A DNA stretch of 64,000 nucleotides from Bacteroidota bacterium (GTDB lineage Bacteria; Bacteroidota; Bacteroidia; Chitinophagales; Chitinophagaceae). The position numbers and the translations under genes were made by a program. Below, piece by piece: positions 10,101 through 18,996 of this stretch. Position 1 is the stretch's first letter, and the number at the start of each line of letters is the position of its first letter. Location: NCBI GenBank assembly GCA_040386335.1, contig JAZKFT010000063.1, positions 1,351 to 65,350 on the forward strand, written 5' to 3'. Below the pieces are notes generated by a model. The model was not told the DNA's origin, did no database searches, and saw nothing but the letters and a program-made list of their open reading frames with translations.

Positions 10101-10202
10101 ATGAAAAAGAAACAGATCTTCATTCTCTCCCTGGTGGGGGCAGCGGCAGCGTCGGTAGCAGCTTACCTGCTGATTAAAAAAAGAAAAAAGCTAAGCAGCT
10201 AG
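10101..10202 (+). CDS. Possible 33-aa single-pass membrane peptide
   Basis: MKKKQIFILSLVGAAAASVAAYLLIKKRKKLSS: one TM helix with Lys-rich flanks. The ATG lies inside the longer ORF-track call 9981..10202. It is followed by a diverged copy of the stop-proximal motif (10213-10240). Support is weak. Confidence 0.3.
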   Translation: MKKKQIFILSLVGAAAASVAAYLLIKKRKKLSS

Positions 10203-10347
10203 TATACAAGCGCGACGAACCGCAGGTGTGGGTTGATTGTTTTTAATGAATGCCGCCGAGGCGTTCATAAACCCTTCACCCCTTGTAAAACAAATAAACC
10301 GCTATGGATTGATATTCTGTAGTGGTTTTTTGTTGCCTTATATCCAA

Positions 10348-13300
10348 TTAGCCAACCGTCAATTCCACAACGAAGCCATTATCATAACCGGTTGTGAGTT
10401 TGCCGCCGATCTTTTCTGCCCTCATTTTCATATTGCTGAGTCCCAGGCCATCGGAATTGATGGCTTGCTTCCGGCTGCCATTGTCATGTATCAACAAGTA
10501 CAAGCCGCTTTTTACAAATGCAAATTTTATGAAGACATGCCCCGCATCGCTATGCTTAATGATATTGGTGATGGCTTCTTTAAATACCAGGTAAATGGCC
10601 TGTCTTTTTTCGGCGTTAATAAATCTTTTTGCGTCGATATTTTCGATCATAAAATCATGGGTCATATTTTTCAGACCGAGGCATTTTTCGGCAAAGGCAC
10701 GCATCCGGTCTACCAGGTTTTCAAGCTTGTCTTTGCGGCTATCCATCGCCCACACGATGTCCCGCATTTGATCCATGGCTTCGCGGCTCATATTGCTTAT
10801 TTCGGTAAGCGCTTCTTTTTGCCCGGCTGGTGCAGTGTAGGTCATCATCTGGCTTTGCATGGCGAGGCCCGATAGGGTAGAACCCACTTCATCGTGCAAG
10901 TCGCTGCTGATTTTGGTGCGTAGTGCTTCCTGTTCCTTTAATTTTCTTATGCCCTGTTTTACACGTTGGCGGATAAAAAAATACGAAAGTGCCACTACCG
11001 CCAGGGCGTACAATACGCATGCCCACCAGGTGCGCCACCAGGGTGGTAGTATTTTTATGATCAGCGAACTGCCTTTTTCGTTCCATACCAGATCGCTGTT
11101 AGACGCTTTTACATGAAGGACATAATTGCCCGGTGGCAAGTTGGAAAACGTGAGTTCGCGGGTGGTACCCAACATCACCCAGTTATTATTACGCCCCTCT
11201 AACTGGTAGGCGTATTGATTTTTTTCGCTGTTGCTGTAGTTAAGTGATACAAAGCTCAGTGTAAATGTGTTTTCATTGTACTCCAGCTCCACGGTTGTAA
11301 GGTGCTGAATACCCCTTATGTATTCGGTGGTGGTTTGTTTGTCTTTGGTCCGGTATTTTTTAAATGAATTAATATAGACCGGCGGTATAAATTTATTGTT
11401 GCCAATGCTGTCAGGATAAAAAGCAACTAACCCATTGTTTGTGCCGGCATATATTTTGCCATCGGCCGGGCTTTTACAAATGGCCTGTGCAAGAAACTGG
11501 TTGCTTAATAAACCGTCTTCCACATTATAATTTTTGAAACTATATTTTTTCGTATCAAAACGGGACAAGCCTTTATCGGTTGTTATCCAGAGTATGCCCC
11601 TGTTGTCTTCAACTATGCCCCTGATTTCATTGCCTGGCAGTCCATCATTTTCTGAATAATGAACAAATTCATTTTTTTCCGGCACAAACAAGTTTAACCC
11701 GCCACCGGAACAGCCGATCCAAATCCTGTGCTTACTGTCCTCAAACAGGGTATTGATCTTATTGCTGCCCAGGCTGTTGATGTCATTAAAACTGTATTGG
11801 AAGAAGTCAAACCTGTCAACCGAAGGATTGTAGCGGCTTAACCCATTGGCGTCTGTTCCTATCCAGATGTTGCCGGCACGATCACAAAGCAGGGCATCTG
11901 TCCGCAAGCCAGCAGGACATTTATTGCTTCCGGGCTGATACACAAAACTCTTTAGCCCCGGTACCTGTTTTCCCTTTGTTTCAATGACAGATATACCCCT
12001 GGTGGTAGCCACCCAGATCCTGTCATCGGGAGACTGACAGAATGAAGTCACATAATCGTCCTGCAATGAAGTGGCTGAATTGACACCTTTTGTGAAATAG
12101 GAGAAAGCACCTGTTTTTGCATCGATCCTGTTTAGACCGCCGCCCCAGGTACCAATCCATTTATTGCCCTGACGGTCTTCAAAAATAGTTTTGACGTGCA
12201 GGGTGTTCAGGCCGTTTTGTTGGGGTTTAACCTGGCTGAAAAACTGTTTTTGAGGATCAAAAATACCAATGCCCGCGAGGCGGCTACTCAGCCAGAGCTG
12301 GCCCTGCTGCGACCAGGACACTCCAGATACCGGGCCTGCCGAAATAATATTTACATTATTTGGCTGATGTTCATACCCATTAAATTTTTTCAGATTTGTA
12401 TCCCACAGGAATAAACCGTTGCCTGCCATTCCAAACCAAACTTCCCCACTTTGGGTCGTCAATAATTCCTGGAGCGAATTATTGGCACGAATACTTGTAT
12501 CCCTGTCCAGCACCTGCGACCCTTCCAATTCAAGCCCGGAATTGTAGCTGTTAAACCCGCTACCGGTAGTACCTGCCAGGTACTTACCATGGCTTAGTTC
12601 GGCAATACAGCTTACTGACGTATAGACGCCTCCCCACTCATCTTTTCCAATGGCAACAAAAGCGTTTTCTTTTGGGTTAAAGCGCAGAAAACGGCCGTCT
12701 GCGGCCAAAAGATTGCCTTTTTTGTCAATATAGAAATGGTGGAGCCAATTCTTTTCTCTCCCGATTTTATGCACAATGCGTACAGGAACAAACCGGTGTG
12801 TCTTGCGGCTAAACCGGTAAACACCCACGCCCCAGACTGACAAGAAAACGTCGCCTTCAAAAACAATAATTCCTTCGATAGTCAGCGTTTCGCCTGTGAT
12901 GCTGGTGGCTGGTGGCCGGTAGTGGGTAAAGATGCCCGTTTTCGGATCCAGCCGGTCCAGCGTTTGAAATGCGCCTACCCACAAATAACCCGCTTCATCT
13001 TCATAAATAGATGTCACCTGGTTATTCGCAATACTGGTAGTGTCGTTGTCGCGATGCCTGAAATGTTTAAACGTTTCAGTTTTGGGGTCAAAACGGTTGA
13101 GCCCGTTATTAGTGGCTACCCAGATAAATCCTTTACTGTCTAAAAAAACGGTCTTTATAAAATTACTGCTGATGCTGTTGGTGTCCCCGATCCTGTTGGT
13201 ATATTGAACAAAGTCATAGCCATCGAACCGGTTCAAACCATTGGAGGTTCCGATCCAGATAAAACCATACTGGTCCTGGATAAGAGAAGACACATAATTA

Positions 13301-13434
13301 TTCGATAACCCATCCCTGGTAGTAAAATGCCTGTATTTGGCTGCTGATTGAGTAGGCTGCGCCATTGAAACAAAGTCAGCAGCCGCTAAAATGATCAGTA
13401 GAAAGCACCTGTATTTGCAATGTTTGTAATTCAA
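10348..13434 (-). CDS. Sensor histidine kinase with periplasmic two-component-regulator propeller repeats + Y_Y_Y domain, HisKA_3/HATPase_c core
   Basis: Repeated GLNRFD/GLSRFD propeller motifs. Y_Y_Y region YAYQLEGRNNNW...PPGNYVLHVKA, then a TM helix. H-box SSDLHDEVGSTLSGL; G-box DNGSRK...GLGLSNM. TTG start, so the 5-prime end is uncertain. Confidence 0.85.
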   Translation of the reverse strand: MNYKHCKYRCFLLIILAAADFVSMAQPTQSAAKYRHFTTRDGLSNNYVSSLIQDQYGFIWIGTSNGLNRFDGYDFVQYTNRIGDTNSISSNFIKTVFLDSKGFIWVATNNGLNRFDPKTETFKHFRHRDNDTTSIANNQVTSIYEDEAGYLWVGAFQTLDRLDPKTGIFTHYRPPATSITGETLTIEGIIVFEGDVFLSVWGVGVYRFSRKTHRFVPVRIVHKIGREKNWLHHFYIDKKGNLLAADGRFLRFNPKENAFVAIGKDEWGGVYTSVSCIAELSHGKYLAGTTGSGFNSYNSGLELEGSQVLDRDTSIRANNSLQELLTTQSGEVWFGMAGNGLFLWDTNLKKFNGYEHQPNNVNIISAGPVSGVSWSQQGQLWLSSRLAGIGIFDPQKQFFSQVKPQQNGLNTLHVKTIFEDRQGNKWIGTWGGGLNRIDAKTGAFSYFTKGVNSATSLQDDYVTSFCQSPDDRIWVATTRGISVIETKGKQVPGLKSFVYQPGSNKCPAGLRTDALLCDRAGNIWIGTDANGLSRYNPSVDRFDFFQYSFNDINSLGSNKINTLFEDSKHRIWIGCSGGGLNLFVPEKNEFVHYSENDGLPGNEIRGIVEDNRGILWITTDKGLSRFDTKKYSFKNYNVEDGLLSNQFLAQAICKSPADGKIYAGTNNGLVAFYPDSIGNNKFIPPVYINSFKKYRTKDKQTTTEYIRGIQHLTTVELEYNENTFTLSFVSLNYSNSEKNQYAYQLEGRNNNWVMLGTTRELTFSNLPPGNYVLHVKASNSDLVWNEKGSSLIIKILPPWWRTWWACVLYALAVVALSYFFIRQRVKQGIRKLKEQEALRTKISSDLHDEVGSTLSGLAMQSQMMTYTAPAGQKEALTEISNMSREAMDQMRDIVWAMDSRKDKLENLVDRMRAFAEKCLGLKNMTHDFMIENIDAKRFINAEKRQAIYLVFKEAITNIIKHSDAGHVFIKFAFVKSGLYLLIHDNGSRKQAINSDGLGLSNMKMRAEKIGGKLTTGYDNGFVVELTVG

Positions 13435-13530
13435 TGATGGGTTTAAAACCTTAGGGTTTTATGCAATTTAAAAACTTTATTGCTTAGGGTTCACAACCTG
13501 TAAAAGCTGCATAGCCGATCGCATACAACG

Positions 13531-14214
13531 CTACCTGATATGCCCCCGCATATATTGGGTAATGGCTTCTGTCTTATTATTTACATGAAGCACTTTGTAC
13601 ATCTTTTTGATATGGGTCCGCACGGTTTCTATGGAAATGAAAAGTTCTGCACCAATGGTTTGATAGCTTTTACCATCTACCATTTTCTCTAAGATTTCTT
13701 TCTGGCGTTCGGTCAATATCGTGGCTTTACTCACCCTTCCGCCCATTAAATGATTTACAATTTCCCGGGCGATGGATGGTGACATATAAGAGCCGCCTGC
13801 TGCCACTATCCGCAAAGCATCCACGATCTCTTCGAGGCTGGCTTTTTTCGAAATATAGGAACAAGCCCCCGAGCAGAGCGCCTTCACGATCACATTTTCT
13901 TCTTCGTAAGTGGTCAACATCACAATGTTCAGGTCGGGCATTTTCTCCAATATCATCGGTATCGCGTCGAGGCCGGAAATGCCTGGCAGCCCAATGTCCA
14001 ACAGCAGGATATCGGATTTAAAGGCCGGCCGGGTTTTCAGGTCTCCCAAGAAAGAAACGGCCGATCCATACATTGATACCACCTCAAACTCTTCGTGAAA
14101 GCTGATGAATTTGCTTACGTTGTCCCGGATGACTTTGTTATCCTCGATAATGCTGATGGCAACCTTACTCAATGCTGGATTTTTGATAAAAGTAAGTTCT
14201 TGGTCCGGAAGCAC
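13531..14214 (-). CDS. NarL/FixJ-type response regulator (REC + LuxR HTH), partner of the adjacent kinase
   Basis: REC motifs (IIEDN, LLLDIGLPGISG, MLTTY). C-terminal LTERQKEILEKMVDGKSYQTIGAELFISIETVRTHIKKMY. The start is ambiguous: GTG 14214 or TTG 14172. Confidence 0.85.
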   Translation of the reverse strand: MLPDQELTFIKNPALSKVAISIIEDNKVIRDNVSKFISFHEEFEVVSMYGSAVSFLGDLKTRPAFKSDILLLDIGLPGISGLDAIPMILEKMPDLNIVMLTTYEEENVIVKALCSGACSYISKKASLEEIVDALRIVAAGGSYMSPSIAREIVNHLMGGRVSKATILTERQKEILEKMVDGKSYQTIGAELFISIETVRTHIKKMYKVLHVNNKTEAITQYMRGHIR

Positions 14215-14276
14215 CTATCACCTTGAAGGGTGGTTGTTTGGTTTGTAAATAAATAGACAATCGCAGCATGCAACGA

Positions 14277-14834
14277 TTAAGTAGTTCCCTTTGGATTGTA
14301 GTGAATCACAACGATCCCGCAGGGACATGAGAGAGATTTGACCAATTCCAATTGTTGTTTGCTTTCAAGCATTTCGAAAATGGGCATCCCCTTGCCGACA
14401 GCGGTTGGATTTATGAACAAATGATACTCGTCAATGAGGCCATGTTTAATAAGCGACGATACAAAGCTGGCCCCGCCGTAGGCGATGATGTCTCCGCCTG
14501 TTTCATTTTTAAGGGCTGTGATCTCTTCCACCAGGTTACCCTTTGCTAATACAGTATTTGCCCATTCTGACCGATCCAGGGTTTTTGTAAAAACGACCTT
14601 TTTAAAACTATTGATCTTTTCCGCACCCTCTTGTTCCGGGTTGGAGGCCCAGTAAGGAATAAAACCTTCTGCCAGTTTTCGTCCGAGAACGACGCAGTCC
14701 ACCGGGTCTGTTATTGTTGTTACATAGTTTTTAAGTTCCTCATCCCAATTCCATACCATCCAATCCATTTCGCCATTGGGACCTGCTATGTATCCGTCGA
14801 TACTGATTTGCACCTGCAGTTTTAGTTTTCTCAT
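14277..14834 (-). CDS. Dihydrofolate-reductase-family (RibD C-terminal domain) protein
   Basis: MRKLKLQVQISIDGYIAGPNGEMDW..., VVLGRKL, IIAYGGASFVSSLIKHGLIDEYHLFINP: the typical RibD_C/YwjB layout. Confidence 0.8.
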   Translation of the reverse strand: MRKLKLQVQISIDGYIAGPNGEMDWMVWNWDEELKNYVTTITDPVDCVVLGRKLAEGFIPYWASNPEQEGAEKINSFKKVVFTKTLDRSEWANTVLAKGNLVEEITALKNETGGDIIAYGGASFVSSLIKHGLIDEYHLFINPTAVGKGMPIFEMLESKQQLELVKSLSCPCGIVVIHYNPKGTT

Positions 14835-14898
14835 GATCTATTTTTTAAAAATGGAGGATTAGTATGCCTTGATTGTAATTGTTCATTTTTTTGAAAAA

Positions 14899-15267
14899 TC
14901 AACGACTGCTAAACTGTCCAAAGTGCCAAAGAATACCTGAAGGATCATGCAGAAAACATTCTCGTCCCCAATCGTAGTTTCGGATAGCAGTTAGTCTTAC
15001 ACCTTCGTATTTGCCTGCCAGGTCCAGTTCGGAAAGTTCCTTCCACTGCAGATCAACATCGGCCACTTCTACAAAAATCATTGAATTGTCTATCCAGTCT
15101 TTCACATAAGCTTTTTGCAGGTAAAATGCAATGTTGCCTGTTTTGAATACGGACATATCCGGCGATAAAACAGTCTCCTGGAAGCCCAGGTCGCGGTAAA
15201 AACTTCGCGATACTTCGTACTCTTTGGCCCCAATAAAGGGGCGGATTGATATGGCGCTTGTGTTCAT
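14899..15267 (-). CDS. VOC (glyoxalase/bleomycin-resistance fold) family protein
   Basis: 122 aa with a beta-alpha-beta-beta-beta module pattern (SRSFYRDLGF..., DPSGILWHF). Confidence 0.7.
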   Translation of the reverse strand: MNTSAISIRPFIGAKEYEVSRSFYRDLGFQETVLSPDMSVFKTGNIAFYLQKAYVKDWIDNSMIFVEVADVDLQWKELSELDLAGKYEGVRLTAIRNYDWGRECFLHDPSGILWHFGQFSSR

Positions 15268-15364
15268 TGCTTTGGTTTATATGCTGACTAAAGTTAGGGC
15301 GCTGTTCTCAACTGGAAATACCTCCCGTCCTGTGAGTGATTAAAATGTCGTGCTTCCGCCTTTC

Positions 15365-16951
15365 TCAGAGCTGAATAATTTTTTTTATATTGACCTGTTC
15401 CAGGAAGGCCTCATCGTGCGATACCACCAACAATGTTCCCTGGTACTCATTAATCGCAGCCGTCAATATTTCTATGTTTACCAGGTCAAGATTATTTGTG
15501 GGTTCGTCTAAAAGGATCATATCAGGTGCCTGGCTGGCAATGCTGAGACAGCAAAGTATCAAACGCAATCTTTCTCCGCCACTCAGCGCACTACAGGATT
15601 TGCCCCAGTCTTCTTTTGTAAATAAAAACCTGTGTAGCCTGGTTTTTATTTCGTGTTCCTGTAATGCTGTATTATTGAATCGTTCTGCCTGTTCGTAGAG
15701 TTTCAGTCCATTATTGATCAGGGTGTAATCCTGGTCGATATACACTGCTTCGTTGTCGGCCCTGTAAATTGTTCCGTTTGGGGGTGATAAAGTTCCCAAG
15801 ATGATTTTTATCAACGTTGTTTTGCCCGAACCATTCAACCCTTTCAGAGCAATCCGTTCTCCACTGGTGATTTGAAAATCCAGGTCATTGTTCCAGAGTC
15901 TTTTGTTGCCCCAGGCAAAGTTGATCCCTGTTGCCTTACATAATATTTTGCCCTTGTGCAATGCTGAATGATCAAAGCTGGATTTCATTTTGTCCATGCC
16001 CGGCAGCTCCGTTCGTAAAGCCTGTAATTCCTGCGATATTCCGCTAATTTTTTCGGCATGCACATGTTTTATTTGGGAAGTGCTTTTTTCTGCATTGTTC
16101 CTCAAGGTATTCATCATGATAGTGGCTACACCTGCCTTTTCCTGTTTCTTTTTGCCGCGTGCATCCAGCTTTTGTTGCCTTTCCAACGATTCCCGTTCTT
16201 TTTCCCTCGCCTTACGCAGCGCTTTTTCTTTGCTTTTCAAATCCTGGTTAAGTGCTTCGTTCTCTATTTGTTTTTGCGCTGTATAAAAATCATAATTGCC
16301 GCCATAAACGGTGATGCCACCTTTGCTTAGTTCACAAATAGTATTCAGAAGCCCTAGCAACTTCCTATCGTGGCTCACCACTATCTGGGTTACAGGTGCG
16401 GATTGAACGAAATCGTATAGCAATGTTCGGCCGGCTGTGTCCAGGTGGTTACTGGGTTCATCCATTAAAACCAGAGCTGGCTGATGAATAAGGATGCCCG
16501 CAAGAAAAACTTTTGTTTTTTGGCCACCACTGAGCGATTCCATTTTTTGTGCCAGGTCCAAACCAGTTAATTGCCAATGGTTCAGGGCTTCTATACAACG
16601 CTCTTCAACAGACCAATCATCTTGTAGTAAATCAAGATTGGCTTCTGAAGGATTCCCGTCCAGAATTTCCTGTAATGCCCTGAGTTTTATATCTACCCTC
16701 AATGCCTGGGCAATGGAGAGGTGATTATACTGCCCAAAGATTTGCGGAACATAATAAGGTTCAACACTTACATGCAATTGTCCGCCGGATGCTTTTAATT
16801 CACCCGCGATGATCTTTAAGAGCGTTGATTTTCCGGTACCGTTGTTGCCAATAAGGGCAATCTTATCGTATTGGTTAATGACAAGATTAAGGTTGTCAAA
16901 CAATGGTTCCTTATCGGGATGTAAGTAGGAGAGATTTTGTAGAATAACCAT
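15365..16951 (-). CDS. ABC-F family ATPase (two ABC cassettes, no TM domain)
   Basis: Walker A GNNGTGKST and GLNGSGKTT. Signatures LSGGQK and LSGGER. A charged Lys/Glu inter-domain linker. Confidence 0.85.
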   Translation of the reverse strand: MVILQNLSYLHPDKEPLFDNLNLVINQYDKIALIGNNGTGKSTLLKIIAGELKASGGQLHVSVEPYYVPQIFGQYNHLSIAQALRVDIKLRALQEILDGNPSEANLDLLQDDWSVEERCIEALNHWQLTGLDLAQKMESLSGGQKTKVFLAGILIHQPALVLMDEPSNHLDTAGRTLLYDFVQSAPVTQIVVSHDRKLLGLLNTICELSKGGITVYGGNYDFYTAQKQIENEALNQDLKSKEKALRKAREKERESLERQQKLDARGKKKQEKAGVATIMMNTLRNNAEKSTSQIKHVHAEKISGISQELQALRTELPGMDKMKSSFDHSALHKGKILCKATGINFAWGNKRLWNNDLDFQITSGERIALKGLNGSGKTTLIKIILGTLSPPNGTIYRADNEAVYIDQDYTLINNGLKLYEQAERFNNTALQEHEIKTRLHRFLFTKEDWGKSCSALSGGERLRLILCCLSIASQAPDMILLDEPTNNLDLVNIEILTAAINEYQGTLLVVSHDEAFLEQVNIKKIIQL

Positions 16952-17140
16952 TCATTTCCTTCTTTAAGAATCAATAATCATAGCACGCCGATTAGGGCCA
17001 CTATCTTTTTTGTCCGAAAGAAATGATATCCTACATTTTAAATTTGCCTTGAGTTGAAGGCTGCAAATCTAGTAATTTTTTCAGTTATGGTATTTTGAAA
17101 ATGCCGCCACAATGGGTGACTGCCAGGGATTATGAACCAA

Positions 17141-18808
17141 TCATTTTTTCAAATACCCCGTCCCCTTGCACAGGTCACAATGAAACTCTGTGTATTGGGT
17201 TCTTTTCTTATTGGGGCTGCGTACATAAATATTGAAGTTAACCTGCTCCCACCGGTCGTCGGCTACGGTTTCTTCTGTTCTTGAATGCGGAACGCCTTTG
17301 CATTTTGAGCAAACCGTAAAGCCGCCAGGTTCGCTACACAACTCATAATCGAACAGGTTGTATTCGTAATAACTGGTACTGCCATTCACCGATGCCAGTT
17401 GATAGGCGGTGCGATCACAGTCGACTCCCTTCAATACAAGCGCACTTCCGCTGGTAGACGTCTTTTTGCGACATAGCAATGAACCCACTTTCCAGGACAT
17501 TTGTTGTTTCATGTCGCTGCAGCGTTGTTTTCGCTGCGCCAATACCTCCGAAGCTGTTGGGCGCATCAGCAGGTAGGGAGAAACAAAAGAAGTGGGTTTG
17601 CCGCTTTTAAGATCAAAGAAAACAGGGTAAGCATATTGGCGGCTAACACCCCACATCAAATCATATCCATCATCCCATCTTGACATTCCCGGCGTGGAGG
17701 ATGGCACCAGTGCCACGTAATCCTTGAGTACCCTGAAAAAGTAGGGTTGTGCGCTCGATTTTACACCGTCCTGTTGAAGCGTTATCTGCTTCGACATCAA
17801 CATTTCGTTCCCCGACATTTTAAAAATGGCCACGTCACCCGATTTTCCATTGTAGAAATAAAGATCATCATTCTCCGCCAGGTAAAAGTCTTCCACCACG
17901 CTGTCCTGAGACACATGTTCCAATAATTTTGCGCCGTCTGAAACCCGGTACACGATCGCTTTGTCCTTACCATTGGTTGCCAGTAAAAGCTGCCTGCCCA
18001 TTTGAGTTGCCTTTAGTGAGTTGACCCATGGCAGTATTGTTTTTTTGCCCGTGGCAATATCCATAAAACTGCCTTCGATCTGTTCTGCGCTTTGCCTGCT
18101 TGTCAACACAAACATTGTTTTTTCGTCGGCGCTCATCATTAGCTGTGGGTCTTTTCCCGTACCGTCTTTGATCAGGTCTTCCCGCAGGGTTTGCCGCTTG
18201 CCTGTCCGTGGGTCTATGAGCCAAAGGCCCCGCATTTTTACGATCTCAGCTTCTGTTATGTTTCCAGCCCGGTTTTTTTTCGTATCCACTTCAGCGGGAT
18301 TGGTGGTAATAATAGATCCCTCATTCGTTACGGCAAGCACATAATCCTTATCAACGTTGCACCAGGTCCATGGCGTATCTGCATACGATGTCACAAACCC
18401 TTTGCTAATTGAATTCCTGACCTTGCTTTTGGTACTAAAAGTGGTGGAGCCGCTTTTATCTGGCAGTGTCTCACTGCATCCAACACAATTGTTTACCCCA
18501 AAGCGCAGGTTGGGTGACCAAACCTGGGATTGTACAAACGCGGAATAAATGCTACAGGTTGAGTAGCCTGTGATACTTCCATGCCATTGTGCTTCAACCG
18601 CCTTTTTGGTAGCAGGGTAGATAGTGGTATTGGGTGGAAAAACGAGGCCCTCGCCACCCGGAATTACAAAAGGTGGAAGGATAGGTTTTTTACTTTCATA
18701 ACTGATGGATGGCAATGCATAAACACGGCTGTCGACACCTGATTGGCAAAAAACCGGTAATCCTGCGATCGTCATCGCCAGCGCAGTAAGGAAGGTGACT
18801 GGTTTCAT
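17141..18808 (-). CDS. Exported orphan protein with a C-terminal pair of CxxCxG motifs
   Basis: A signal peptide starts at the ATG at 18808 (MKPVTFLTALAMTIAGLPVFCQ). The C-terminus has CSKCKG ... CDLCKGTG. No family recognised. Confidence 0.6.
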   Translation of the reverse strand: MKPVTFLTALAMTIAGLPVFCQSGVDSRVYALPSISYESKKPILPPFVIPGGEGLVFPPNTTIYPATKKAVEAQWHGSITGYSTCSIYSAFVQSQVWSPNLRFGVNNCVGCSETLPDKSGSTTFSTKSKVRNSISKGFVTSYADTPWTWCNVDKDYVLAVTNEGSIITTNPAEVDTKKNRAGNITEAEIVKMRGLWLIDPRTGKRQTLREDLIKDGTGKDPQLMMSADEKTMFVLTSRQSAEQIEGSFMDIATGKKTILPWVNSLKATQMGRQLLLATNGKDKAIVYRVSDGAKLLEHVSQDSVVEDFYLAENDDLYFYNGKSGDVAIFKMSGNEMLMSKQITLQQDGVKSSAQPYFFRVLKDYVALVPSSTPGMSRWDDGYDLMWGVSRQYAYPVFFDLKSGKPTSFVSPYLLMRPTASEVLAQRKQRCSDMKQQMSWKVGSLLCRKKTSTSGSALVLKGVDCDRTAYQLASVNGSTSYYEYNLFDYELCSEPGGFTVCSKCKGVPHSRTEETVADDRWEQVNFNIYVRSPNKKRTQYTEFHCDLCKGTGYLKK

Positions 18809-18996
18809 ACCCAATTATAAATAAAAAATGCCTTGGTTTTGCAAAGGACGTAAAAAGCATTTAAGTGCCTTGCCGCTGTTTACCTGGATTACACCTGGTG
18901 TCAGCTAGCCCAAATGCCGGCAGAGGCGTAACTGTATTCCTAAAACCAGTGGCCATCATTCTCTTTTTATAGTAGTTTTAAAACAAAAAAGGCGTT

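Noticed and set aside
10237-10875. 212-aa plus-strand ORF
   Set aside because: It lies entirely antisense to the well-supported HATPase/HisKA_3 end of the sensor kinase, and its sequence has no recognisable features.
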